A stretch of DNA of 64,000 nt from Candidatus Komeilibacteria bacterium CG11_big_fil_rev_8_21_14_0_20_36_20 (GCA_002787405.1 PCWQ01000007.1:166250-230249), one strand, 5' to 3'; numbered from the stretch's first letter, positions 51,628 to 59,900 are shown. Numbers and translations: made by a program. Notes: generated by a model not told the origin, from the letters alone.

Positions 51628-52641
51628 TTACGGTTGCAAAATATCTTCGACCCGACCGTCAACGGAAATAATAACCTCATCAACACTGGAAAATTGCTTA
51701 AGTGTTTCTGTAATCTGCGCCCTAATAGCCCCTACTCGACATGAACCGCCAACGCCAGCTTCAAGCTGGTCGTTAAAATCAACTCTGGCCACGCCATCAA
51801 TAATACTTAACTCCTGAATGGCCACATCGCTATTAATAGAAGTTATAAATCCCCCTTCCTTTTCTTTAGCTGTAGGCCCCTTGAGTAATTCCAATAAAGC
51901 AGCTAAAGCCACCGCCTTCGTTGTTTTAATCTGCCTGACAACCGGCGTAACTTCCTGGCAATCATAATCTGGCGGTCCGGCTGTCTCTGGTGTCCCAAAA
52001 TATATTTCAATTGGCATTAAATCTTTTTCAAATAAAATCGGCAGTCGAAGTTCATCAGCATTTTCCGGCAAATCAGAAGGGTTATCTTTTTCCAAAACCA
52101 ACCATCCTTTTTCTGCTAAAGGCATTTCAAACTCTAATTCAGCTTCAAAAGGCACAAAATCTTCAGTCATCCATTCTCCTTGAGCTTGGGCTATGCCGCT
52201 AACCAATAGCTTATTATTATCGTCAAATAATTTAAAGGGAAAATCTCCTTCAAAAAACCAATAGCCCCTAGCTTGCCCTTGGATAGTTAATGGACTAAAA
52301 ATAGCTTGATTAGGTCGCGGATTATCTATTTTTATCAAATCCATTTTATCTAGTTCATTGCCAATCTCTTCAGTGAATGTTTCCCCATTAGGCATTTGAC
52401 ACCGTCGAGGATATATTTCTAAAATAGGATGCCCCGCTGCCACACATTCCTCAAAGTTAGTAGCCTGTTTTTCACCACATAATTCTGTCGGTTTCAACGC
52501 ACTAGGACTGCCATGCTTAACCCACTGCCCGTTACTGCAAAGCCAAGTATCTTCTGGCCCACCGAACACAAAACGCAAAACAAAAACAGCAAAAATAGCC
52601 AGAACTAATATAAAAAATATTTTTAATACTTTGTTACTCAT
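51628..52641 (-). CDS. Membrane-anchored Gmad2/GerMN-domain protein
   Basis: GYWFFEG, DNPS, C-terminal QITETLKQFSSVDEVIISVDG; start moved to ATG 52641. Confidence 0.82.
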   Translation of the reverse strand: MSNKVLKIFFILVLAIFAVFVLRFVFGGPEDTWLCSNGQWVKHGSPSALKPTELCGEKQATNFEECVAAGHPILEIYPRRCQMPNGETFTEEIGNELDKMDLIKIDNPRPNQAIFSPLTIQGQARGYWFFEGDFPFKLFDDNNKLLVSGIAQAQGEWMTEDFVPFEAELEFEMPLAEKGWLVLEKDNPSDLPENADELRLPILFEKDLMPIEIYFGTPETAGPPDYDCQEVTPVVRQIKTTKAVALAALLELLKGPTAKEKEGGFITSINSDVAIQELSIIDGVARVDFNDQLEAGVGGSCRVGAIRAQITETLKQFSSVDEVIISVDGRVEDILQP

Positions 52642-52660
52642 AATAAAATTATAACATTCC

Positions 52661-53401
52661 TTAGCGCAAAGTCCAACCTCCATCAACGATAATCGTCTGA
52701 CCGGTAATATAATCTGATTTTTCAGAAGCTAAGAACGTCACGGCATTAGCTATATCTTGCGGCAACCCAAATCTGGACAAAGGAATCATAGCAATGGTCT
52801 GCTGTTTGGCTTCTTCGGTCAAACTCTTGCTGGCGCCCGGTGTTTCAATGGCTCCCGGAGCAATGGCATTGACGGTGATTTTTTGAGGGGCCAATTCCAA
52901 GGCCAAAACTCTAATCATACTGTTAATTGCTCCCTTGGAAGCACAATAATGAGTGAGGCCTTCAAAACCGACAAAAGCAGCAATTGAAGAAATGTTAATT
53001 ATCCGAGAGGCCTTTGGCATTATCTTTAGGGCTGACTTAGTGCATAAAAAAATACCTTTTAAGTTAACGCTAATAACTTTGTCCCAATCAGCTTCGGTCA
53101 TTTTTTCAAAAGGCACAGCCGGATAAATCCCGGCGTTGTTGACCAAAACATCCAATTTTTTAAACTTCTGCGATATCTTAGCCATTAAATTTTCAACTTC
53201 TGTTTTCTTGGAAACATCACACTTGACGGCCAGACAATCTGCTCCAATTTTTTTTATTTCTTGAGCGACTTTCTTGCAATCTGCCATTAAAACATCGCTA
53301 ATCACTACATTATATTTTTCTTTAGCTAAAGCCAAAGCAATGCCCCGTCCTATGCCCCGAGCTGCCCCGGTGACTAGAGCTGTTTTATTTTTGATAGCCA
53401 T
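52661..53401 (-). CDS. Short-chain dehydrogenase/reductase (FabG-like)
   Basis: TGAARGIG, NNAG, YCASK, ITGQTIIVDGG. Confidence 0.96.
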   Translation of the reverse strand: MAIKNKTALVTGAARGIGRGIALALAKEKYNVVISDVLMADCKKVAQEIKKIGADCLAVKCDVSKKTEVENLMAKISQKFKKLDVLVNNAGIYPAVPFEKMTEADWDKVISVNLKGIFLCTKSALKIMPKASRIINISSIAAFVGFEGLTHYCASKGAINSMIRVLALELAPQKITVNAIAPGAIETPGASKSLTEEAKQQTIAMIPLSRFGLPQDIANAVTFLASEKSDYITGQTIIVDGGWTLR

Positions 53402-53480
53402 ATATTTTTGATTAGTTGATTATTCCTATAGTTAAATTATATCAAACCAAAATTCGTTGTCTATAAAATAAAATGAAAAT

Positions 53481-53508
53481 AAAACAAGGTCGTTGAAAAC
53501 CTTGCTTT
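53481..53508 (-). terminator. Intrinsic terminator
   Basis: CAAGGT...ACCTTG stem with T-run on the minus strand. Confidence 0.6.
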
Positions 53509-53530
53509 AAATTTAGATATAAATTGACTC

Positions 53531-53893
53531 TTACCGATAAGCGAAGCCATCGGCTTCTGGATTAAATCTTTTAACGGCTACTGCGATTTTTTTAGGGGTC
53601 CTCCATGCTTTAACAGTCTCCCAAAAAGCTTCCCTGATATTTACTGCCAAACGACTTCTGACAGCATTTGTCCGTTCCGGTTTATCGAAAAGTAATTCCA
53701 TAATTATATATACCGGAATGTCATTTGATGTAACCGTGGGGTCTTGAGGGAAAGAATATCCGATGTCATCTTCAGTTAATCCCAATTCTGAGACATACAG
53801 TATTTTTTTAGTGATAGCTTTTTCGATAGCACTAATTTTATCCTCATCCTTTAATTCATCTTGCGTCAAATTATAAATTACAATAAGTGGCAT
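53531..53893 (-). CDS. Hypothetical protein, possible tautomerase superfamily (orphan unit)
   Basis: N-terminal Met-Pro, beta-alpha-beta pattern twice; SD AAAGGAGG. Confidence 0.7.
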   Translation of the reverse strand: MPLIVIYNLTQDELKDEDKISAIEKAITKKILYVSELGLTEDDIGYSFPQDPTVTSNDIPVYIIMELLFDKPERTNAVRSRLAVNIREAFWETVKAWRTPKKIAVAVKRFNPEADGFAYR

Positions 53894-53936
53894 GAATGCC
53901 TCCTTTAATAAGTTTACAAGAACAATTAATCAGAGT

Positions 53937-53965
53937 AGATTATCATGCTTTAATAATATTGTCAA
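53937..53965 (-). promoter_or_regulatory. Sigma70 promoter
   Basis: TTGACA-17-TAATCT with extended -10 TG. Confidence 0.75.
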
Positions 53966-53981
53966 TGATGCTCATCCTATC

Positions 53982-54056
53982 TGGCTCCGGGGGAGGGATT
54001 CGAACCCACGACCAATTGATTAACAGTCAACTGCTCTACCACTGAGCTACCCCGGA
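53982..54056 (-). tRNA. tRNA-Asn(GTT)
   Basis: Cloverleaf TCCGGGG...CCCCGGA-GCCA, anticodon loop CT-GTT-AA, GGTTCGAATCC. Confidence 0.97.
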
Positions 54057-54310
54057 ATGTATTTAAAATTTTTTATCAGTTTTTCTTTTTGTATCTTGCT
54101 CCAACTTTTTACCTGCACTTCTCTTTGCATGGCTTTTTTTCTAGTATTAAAAATTTCAAAATAAATTATTTTAATGGGCCTTCTATATTTGGTATATTTT
54201 GCTCCTCGTCCAATATTATGTCGCTGCTCCCTTCTTTTTATATTATTAGTATATCCAGAATATAATGTATTATCATTACAACGTGCTAAATAAAAATAAT
54301 ATTTTTGCAT
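54047..54310 (-). CDS. GIY-YIG nuclease family protein
   Basis: YFYLARC...LYSGYT...RHN.GRGAKYT...AMQRE. Confidence 0.92.
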   Translation of the reverse strand: MQKYYFYLARCNDNTLYSGYTNNIKRREQRHNIGRGAKYTKYRRPIKIIYFEIFNTRKKAMQREVQVKSWSKIQKEKLIKNFKYIPG

Positions 54311-54390
54311 ATCGCTTTCTTTAAGAAAATGTCCCTCGACTTTTATACAGAATCGAATGGTTGAAGCTCTGAATGAAATGAAGAACTGAA

Positions 54391-54432
54391 ACCACGAGCG
54401 AGGAGGAACAAAGTGACGACGAGTCGAGTGGT
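54391..54432 (-). repeat. tRNA 3'-associated element after tRNA-fMet
   Basis: Minus strand ACCAC-TCGACTC...GCTC-GTGGT. Confidence 0.7.
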
Positions 54433-54504
54433 AGCGGGGGCCGGACTCGAACCGGCGACCTCCAGGTTATGGGCCTGGCGAGCTGCCAACTGCTCTACCC
54501 CGCG
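54429..54504 (-). tRNA. Initiator tRNA-fMet(CAT)
   Basis: CGCGGGG...CCCCGCT-ACCA with unpaired first position (C1:U72), A11-U24, anticodon CAT. Confidence 0.93.
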
Positions 54505-54522
54505 TCGTTGAAAAATATTTGC

Positions 54523-55430
54523 TTATTGATTTTTATTTTTCTTCTTTTCCATGCTATCTAACAAAGCGTCAACCGCCGAAGTATATTGCCGCGGTGTTAA
54601 ATACCAAGCATTATGCGTGTCAGCGATCTCTCCGGTTTTTTCACATCTCCTACGGAGAGAAAACCATCCACCATGTCTTTTTTGACCATGCGTTGCATTC
54701 TATCCATGGGGAAAGCTTTATCGCCAACGGGATGAATAATCACAATGCCTACTCCATGACGTTTCAATTCTTATAAATTATTCTGCAACTGCATTTCCGC
54801 TATCGCCTTCACTTCTTCCACCGATTTTTTTGGTCCTTGAGCCAATACTTTTAATGCTTCCTTGAATGCTGTATTTATTTTTGAGGTACGCTGAGGACTT
54901 TTCTGACGATCTTGATATTGCTGAAGCATATCCGAACTAAATCGTGCTGTTAAATTCCAAAACTTATCATCCCCAATCAAACCGGCCGGCGCAAAATAAA
55001 TGATATTTCTAAATTTTTCCGGATTCTGTAAAGCGGCGATAGTGGTGAACAAAGCACCTTCTGAATGAGTAACCACATCCGTCTGGTCTAAACCTTTTTC
55101 TGCTATCACTCTCGTCACTGCCATGACCTTTCTCAATTCTGCAAGGGGAAATTCTCCCGGATCTTTTGTCTCCAATCCATGAGGGGTGCTAATGGTAATG
55201 CTCCTGCGAGCACATTCTCCCGATATGATTAAAGCGTTCTCTTTATGAACTTCAGCAGTAGCAGACCAGCCGGGAATAATCATGACCGGCGTATCTGTTT
55301 TTTTATCCGGAGGATCAATATCAACCACTTCTACTTTGCCTTTAGGAAATTATGCAAATTCCAACATTTCGGGATGTTTAAACGGCTCCTCTAAAAATGA
55401 TTCTGAATATGGTAATTTTCTTTCAAACAT
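54523..55430 (-). pseudogene. Alpha/beta hydrolase pseudogene
   Basis: IPGW and THSEG motifs in ORF 54771-55328; in-frame TAA stops near 55351 and at 54771; frameshift near 54640 before the THNAW segment. Confidence 0.75.
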
Positions 55431-55454
55431 CAATGATCCCACTAAACAATTAAT

Positions 55455-55573
55455 TGGTCGGGGTGATCCCGCATAGCGGGACAACCTCATGCACCCCATG
55501 CATATCTTTACCCGCCAAAGCAATAGCGACGGCGGACTATGCGTACGCGCTAGACCAACTGCGCCACACCCCG
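55455..55573 (-). tRNA. Aberrant tRNA-Pro(GGG) with 41-nt insertion and non-canonical T arm (possibly pseudo-tRNA)
   Basis: CGGGGTG/CACCCCG-ACCA acceptor, GCGC D stem, TATGC-ATGGGGT-GCATG anticodon arm; T loop GCTATGC. Confidence 0.75.
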
Positions 55574-55585
55574 CAAATTATCAAA

Positions 55586-55614
55586 AGTATAAAGGATAAT
55601 AGCTTAATTGGCAA
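55586..55614 (-). promoter_or_regulatory. Sigma70 promoter of tRNA-Pro
   Basis: TTGCCA-17-TATACT, 12 nt upstream of the tRNA 5' end. Confidence 0.75.
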
Positions 55615-55629
55615 GATTTGGTAATATGG

Positions 55630-55746
55630 TGCCCTTCGATTCGCTACGCTCACTCAGGGCATTCGACTTCCTACTATATATAATCTAATAGTGAGTGGTC
55701 AAAGACCATGAGCGGAGACGAGCTAGGCTCGTCGGAGTCGAATGGT
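55630..55746 (-). repeat. tRNA 3'-associated repeat, copy after tRNA-Ala
   Basis: 55688-55746 matches 55941-55999 at 55 of 59 nt; distal TGCCC-TTCGA...CTCA-GGGCA unit. Confidence 0.88.
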
Positions 55747-55819
55747 GGACTGTACAGGACTTGAACCTGCGACCTCTTCCATGCCATGGAAGCGCTCTAG
55801 CCAACTGAGCTAACAGCCC
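55743..55819 (-). tRNA. tRNA-Ala(GGC)
   Basis: G3:U70 pair, anticodon GGC, encoded CCA. Confidence 0.97.
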
Positions 55820-55831
55820 TCAATTAGTAAA

Positions 55832-55999
55832 TGCCCTTCGGCTTCCTGCCTGCTCATTCAAGTCTGAGCCTGAGGGCTCATCCCTCAGAGTCGAAGACCG
55901 GTAGGCAGGCACTCAGGACACTCGAGTTCTTACCATATATATAGTGAGTGGTCGAAGACCATGAGCGGAGACGAGCTTAACTCGTCGGAGTCGAATGGT
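55832..55999 (-). repeat. tRNA 3'-associated repeat, copy after tRNA-Met, with nested insertions
   Basis: Same core as 55630-55746, with CCTGCCTGC...GTAGGCAGG and CTGAGGG/CCCTCAG nested inside. Confidence 0.88.
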
Positions 56000-56072
56000 A
56001 GCAGGGGCGGGAATCGAACCCACGACCTCAGGCTTATGAGTCCTGCGCTCTAACCAACTGAGCTACCCTGCC
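55996..56072 (-). tRNA. tRNA-Met(CAT), elongator (Ile2 less likely)
   Basis: GGCAGGG...CCCTGCT-ACCA, anticodon loop CT-CAT-AA. Confidence 0.9.
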
Positions 56073-56177
56073 GCGTAAAGTTGCTACGCAACCACGCGGT
56101 TTGCCTAGTTACATAGCTTTTATTTTTATTTACAATAAGTGGCGATGCCACGTAATCCCGCAAAGCGGAATTTTACG

Positions 56178-56262
56178 TGGTACCGAAGGAGGGACTCGAA
56201 CCCTCATGGCTTGCGCCACACGATTTTGAGTCGTGCGTGTCTACCAGTTCCACCACTTCGGC
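56178..56262 (-). tRNA. tRNA-Leu(CAA)
   Basis: 85 nt with long variable arm, anticodon loop CT-CAA-AA, encoded CCA. Confidence 0.97.
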
Positions 56263-56278
56263 CTAACAAACAAAGCTG

Positions 56279-56307
56279 ATTTTACAATAAAACTAAGTTT
56301 AAGTCAA
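56279..56307 (-). promoter_or_regulatory. Sigma70 promoter of the tRNA cluster
   Basis: TTGACT-17-TAAAAT. Confidence 0.75.
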
Positions 56308-56309
56308 CC

Positions 56310-57968
56310 TTAATTAACTAGCTTTAAACGACCCTGATCAAAGGTCAACCAATATACTTCTTGATTAATAATTTTATCTTTTAATTCTTCTTTTGGTATT
56401 AACCGAATGACATTAGCTGTATAATTTTGATAGTTATAATTCCACAATTCAAAATAAACCTCATTAAAGACAATGGAAGTTTGACCGGTGACCACATAAC
56501 CGCCATTAATACTTTCGGCAAACCAACCTAAAGCATCCTGACGCCACTTGAGCAAAGAGGTGTTTATATTGTCTAAAGAAAGTTGAGTATAAACCGGCAA
56601 AGGTTTGATCTGCGGATGATTGGCAGGATAATAAAATTCTAGGGCTTGCTGAAGATTATTGCGAAAAACCTCAGCGCCGGATAAATTGTCAGGCAAGCCG
56701 ACTGAAATCAACTCTTGACCGGCGGACAAATTTAAATCAGCGTAACTTTCCACTATTTGTTGGCTCAAACGACTGCTCTCTTGCCAGATACTAATCTTTT
56801 GCTGAATAATAATAAAACAACTAAAAAAGATAATGGCCATCAAAGCTAATTTTAATTTATCAGCCAACTTAATTCTAGCTAGCAGAAAAATCAGCCATAG
56901 AACAAAAAATACGGCTGGTAGATACAAATAACGTTCCCCGGAAAAAGTAAAACGGTGCAACATCAAAGCCATAACTGGACCTAAACTAAAAAAAAGACTG
57001 ACCAGAAGAGTAAATTGAAACCATTTAAACTTGGTAAATAAATAGAAAAAATACAAAGACAAAATTGTCAAAAACATTATAACTACGGAATCCAAATAAT
57101 AATACTCCAGTTTGAAGAATAGTCCCCGCCAATGTCCAACGCTCACCAATTCATTGATATAACCGGCCAAATTACCGATCCACCCAATAATTGATAATTC
57201 AAAATGAGCTTGAGCGTAATAGCCAAATAATAAACCAGTTGACTGGTAACGCCCGATCATAAAAAATAATAAAATTAGGAGATAAAAGAGAAAAAATTTC
57301 GGTTTTTTCTTGTCGCTCACCTGATTTCTTTGGGCCACAGAAAAAAAATAAATTTCCCAAATCAAAATAACCAACGGCAAGCTGATAGCTACTTCTTTAA
57401 TGAGTAGAGCTATTATAAAAAATAATATTGATAAAACCAAAATCGGCCAGCGACGCATTTGATGAAAATAAAAATAAACCGTTAAAGAGCAAAGATAGAA
57501 TAAAGTCATCCATAAATGAGGCCAAGCCGAAACCCAAGCCACAGACTCCACTTGAGTGGGCCAAATTAAAAATAAAAAACCGGCCAAAAAAGACCAATTC
57601 TTAAACTGCTTTAATTCAAAACTATGGAACAATTGACGAGCTAAAACATAAACTAAAAAAGCATTAGTGGCCTGTAAAACAATACTGGCCAGATGATAAC
57701 AAAAATATTTCAAACCAAAACCAGCATAAAATATTTTAAAAATAACCAAGAGCAAAGGATTATAAGACCCGCCGAGATTACCTCCTTCATAATTAGTCAG
57801 AAAAAACCGCCAGCTCCATTGAGTCTCTTGAGACAACTGTAGCCAATGAAAATCATCCGACACAAAAAAATTTCCTAAAATTCGACCAAAAAAAATAAAA
57901 GCCACGGTTAAAAATATCAACCAGATAAAAATTAGCTGGTATTTAATTTTAGACTTTAAAAAAATCAT
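56310..57968 (-). CDS. Polytopic membrane glycosyltransferase (GT-C fold-like)
   Basis: SDD in first loop, ESVAWVS, LLIKE, ERYLYLP; many TMs. Confidence 0.85.
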   Translation of the reverse strand: MIFLKSKIKYQLIFIWLIFLTVAFIFFGRILGNFFVSDDFHWLQLSQETQWSWRFFLTNYEGGNLGGSYNPLLLVIFKIFYAGFGLKYFCYHLASIVLQATNAFLVYVLARQLFHSFELKQFKNWSFLAGFLFLIWPTQVESVAWVSAWPHLWMTLFYLCSLTVYFYFHQMRRWPILVLSILFFIIALLIKEVAISLPLVILIWEIYFFSVAQRNQVSDKKKPKFFLFYLLILLFFMIGRYQSTGLLFGYYAQAHFELSIIGWIGNLAGYINELVSVGHWRGLFFKLEYYYLDSVVIMFLTILSLYFFYLFTKFKWFQFTLLVSLFFSLGPVMALMLHRFTFSGERYLYLPAVFFVLWLIFLLARIKLADKLKLALMAIIFFSCFIIIQQKISIWQESSRLSQQIVESYADLNLSAGQELISVGLPDNLSGAEVFRNNLQQALEFYYPANHPQIKPLPVYTQLSLDNINTSLLKWRQDALGWFAESINGGYVVTGQTSIVFNEVYFELWNYNYQNYTANVIRLIPKEELKDKIINQEVYWLTFDQGRLKLVN

Positions 57969-58429
57969 TAATTAAAAACTGTTTTAATCATCGCTAAAGT
58001 AACCACTATTTGAAAAGGAACACCATAAACAAATGAATAACGAAATTTAATTATATTATGAATGCGTTGATGAAAAGTTAAATACCATGAAGAAAAATTA
58101 AACTTCAGTTGTTCCAAACTAATCCACAACATATCAGGTAACCAGGCGCCACTGACCGCACCAAGCAGAACGCTCTCCTTAAAATAAGGATATCGAGAGA
58201 TAAAAAAATAAAGCAATGAAGATGCTAAAAGAAGATCAACGATGCTTATTCGTAATAGATAGAATAATTTTCCTCTTTTTGTTTTTTGATGTCTAGCAAA
58301 ATCTTCATCTCCATGAGGGATAAAATCTAAAACAAAATGAGAAATTACACCTAAAACAAAAGCTAATAAAGGATTAGTTACTTTAGTAGTTATTAATAAA
58401 GCTAATGAAGTGTGGGGCGTTAAAAACAT
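57968..58429 (-). CDS. Membrane-bound metal-dependent hydrolase-like protein
   Basis: N-terminal His, SHFVLDFIPH, LPD, HQRIH. Confidence 0.75.
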   Translation of the reverse strand: MFLTPHTSLALLITTKVTNPLLAFVLGVISHFVLDFIPHGDEDFARHQKTKRGKLFYLLRISIVDLLLASSLLYFFISRYPYFKESVLLGAVSGAWLPDMLWISLEQLKFNFSSWYLTFHQRIHNIIKFRYSFVYGVPFQIVVTLAMIKTVFN

Positions 58430-58506
58430 ATTTCAAATTATCAGCCTATCGCCTAAAAGGCGCCCACCCCGTGAGTGGTATGTTCATAGTATCACAAAAA
58501 AACAAC

Positions 58507-58540
58507 AAAAAAAAGGTAGTTTTAAATATTAAAACTACCC
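58507..58540 (-). terminator. Terminator of dnaG-rpoD
   Basis: GGTAGTTTTAA/TTAAAACTACC stem followed by a T-run on the minus strand. Confidence 0.8.
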
Positions 58541-58562
58541 TTAATAAAAATAATAAATCAAT

Positions 58563-59897
58563 TTAATAATCCCTTAATTTCCGCATGTCCTCATGTTTTT
58601 TAATTCTTTCCAAAGCTTTAGCTTCAATCTGACGAATACGCTCACGAGTGACCCCGAATTCCTGCCCTACTTCTTCTAAAGTATGAGCCACACCGTCAGC
58701 TAGACCAAAACGCATTTCTAATATTTTCTGCTCGCGGGGAGTTAAGTCGCTAATCACCTTTTTGACATGATCTTCTAATAATTTTAAAGAAGCTACTCTG
58801 TCTGGGCTGATATTTTTTTCATCTTCAATAAAATCACCCAAAGTACTATCTTCATCATCATCGCCGACCGATGCCTCCAAAGAAACTGTTTCCTGCGAAA
58901 TTTTAATAATCTGCCTAATTTTGTCAATGTCTTCACCCATTTCGGCGGCAATTTCCTCAGGCAAGGGATCACGACCCAGCTCCTGTACCAAACGACGCTC
59001 TACTTGATTAAAACGATTAATTGTCTCCACCATATGCACGGGAATTCTAATAGTGCGAGATTGATCGGCTAAAGCTCGAGTAATGGCCTGACGAATCCAC
59101 CAAGTGGCGTAAGTGGAAAACTTATAACCCCGACGATAATCAAATTTTTCCACTGCTCTAAATAAGCCAATATTGCCCTCCTGAATTAAATCTAATAAAG
59201 TCAGAGATCGACCGGTATATTTTTTGGCAATGGAAACAACTAAACGCAAATTTGATTCAATCAACTTTTTCTTGGCCTCAACATCATTTTTTTCTTTGCG
59301 CTTAGCATACATTACTTCTTCTTCCGAAGTCAGCAACGGCACCTTACCTATTTCTCTTAAATACATCTGAATAGAGTCAGCAGCAATATCAGTTAAATCA
59401 CCACGCTTATCATCTCCTTTTAATCCTGAGGTGGATAAAATATCGCTGGTTTCAAGATATCTATCTAAAATACTTCCCTCGGTGGCGATCACTTGAACAC
59501 CTAAATCAACTAACTTATCTAAGAAATTCTCCAAATCATAAATATAGTCTTCCAAACTAATAAAAACCCTTAAAATTTCATCTTCCGTAACAAAACAGCG
59601 AAAATGAGTTTTCTTCACTAAGTCATCTACTGCTCCCTTATCTAATTTAATTTTGGGCTCTCTGCTTTGGGTTTGCTTCTGAATAGCTTTCTTACGAGTG
59701 GCCACTTTGTTTCTAACAACTTTCTTAGTGGCTCTAATCTTTTTTCTCGTTATTAATTGCTTTCTACTCTGCTTTGGTTTTTTATTTTTATTTGTTCTGG
59801 TGTTGGTAGGACTTTTTTTCTTTTTATTCAATTTTCTAACGACTTTCTTCGAGTTAGACTTCCGACTAACAGTCGTTTTTTTCTTTTTAACAGGCAT
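58563..59897 (-). CDS. rpoD: RNA polymerase primary sigma factor
   Basis: [42 protein letters not shown]. Confidence 0.98.
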   Translation of the reverse strand: MPVKKKKTTVSRKSNSKKVVRKLNKKKKSPTNTRTNKNKKPKQSRKQLITRKKIRATKKVVRNKVATRKKAIQKQTQSREPKIKLDKGAVDDLVKKTHFRCFVTEDEILRVFISLEDYIYDLENFLDKLVDLGVQVIATEGSILDRYLETSDILSTSGLKGDDKRGDLTDIAADSIQMYLREIGKVPLLTSEEEVMYAKRKEKNDVEAKKKLIESNLRLVVSIAKKYTGRSLTLLDLIQEGNIGLFRAVEKFDYRRGYKFSTYATWWIRQAITRALADQSRTIRIPVHMVETINRFNQVERRLVQELGRDPLPEEIAAEMGEDIDKIRQIIKISQETVSLEASVGDDDEDSTLGDFIEDEKNISPDRVASLKLLEDHVKKVISDLTPREQKILEMRFGLADGVAHTLEEVGQEFGVTRERIRQIEAKALERIKKHEDMRKLRDY

Positions 59898-59900
59898 AAT

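Noticed and set aside
9268-53965. Integron cassette array or prophage explaining the orphan genes
   Set aside because: The units are dispersed and carry their own promoters; no integrase, attC sites or phage genes are visible
55630-55999. CRISPR array
   Set aside because: Only two long copies separated by a tRNA gene; no regular repeat-spacer period and no cas genes
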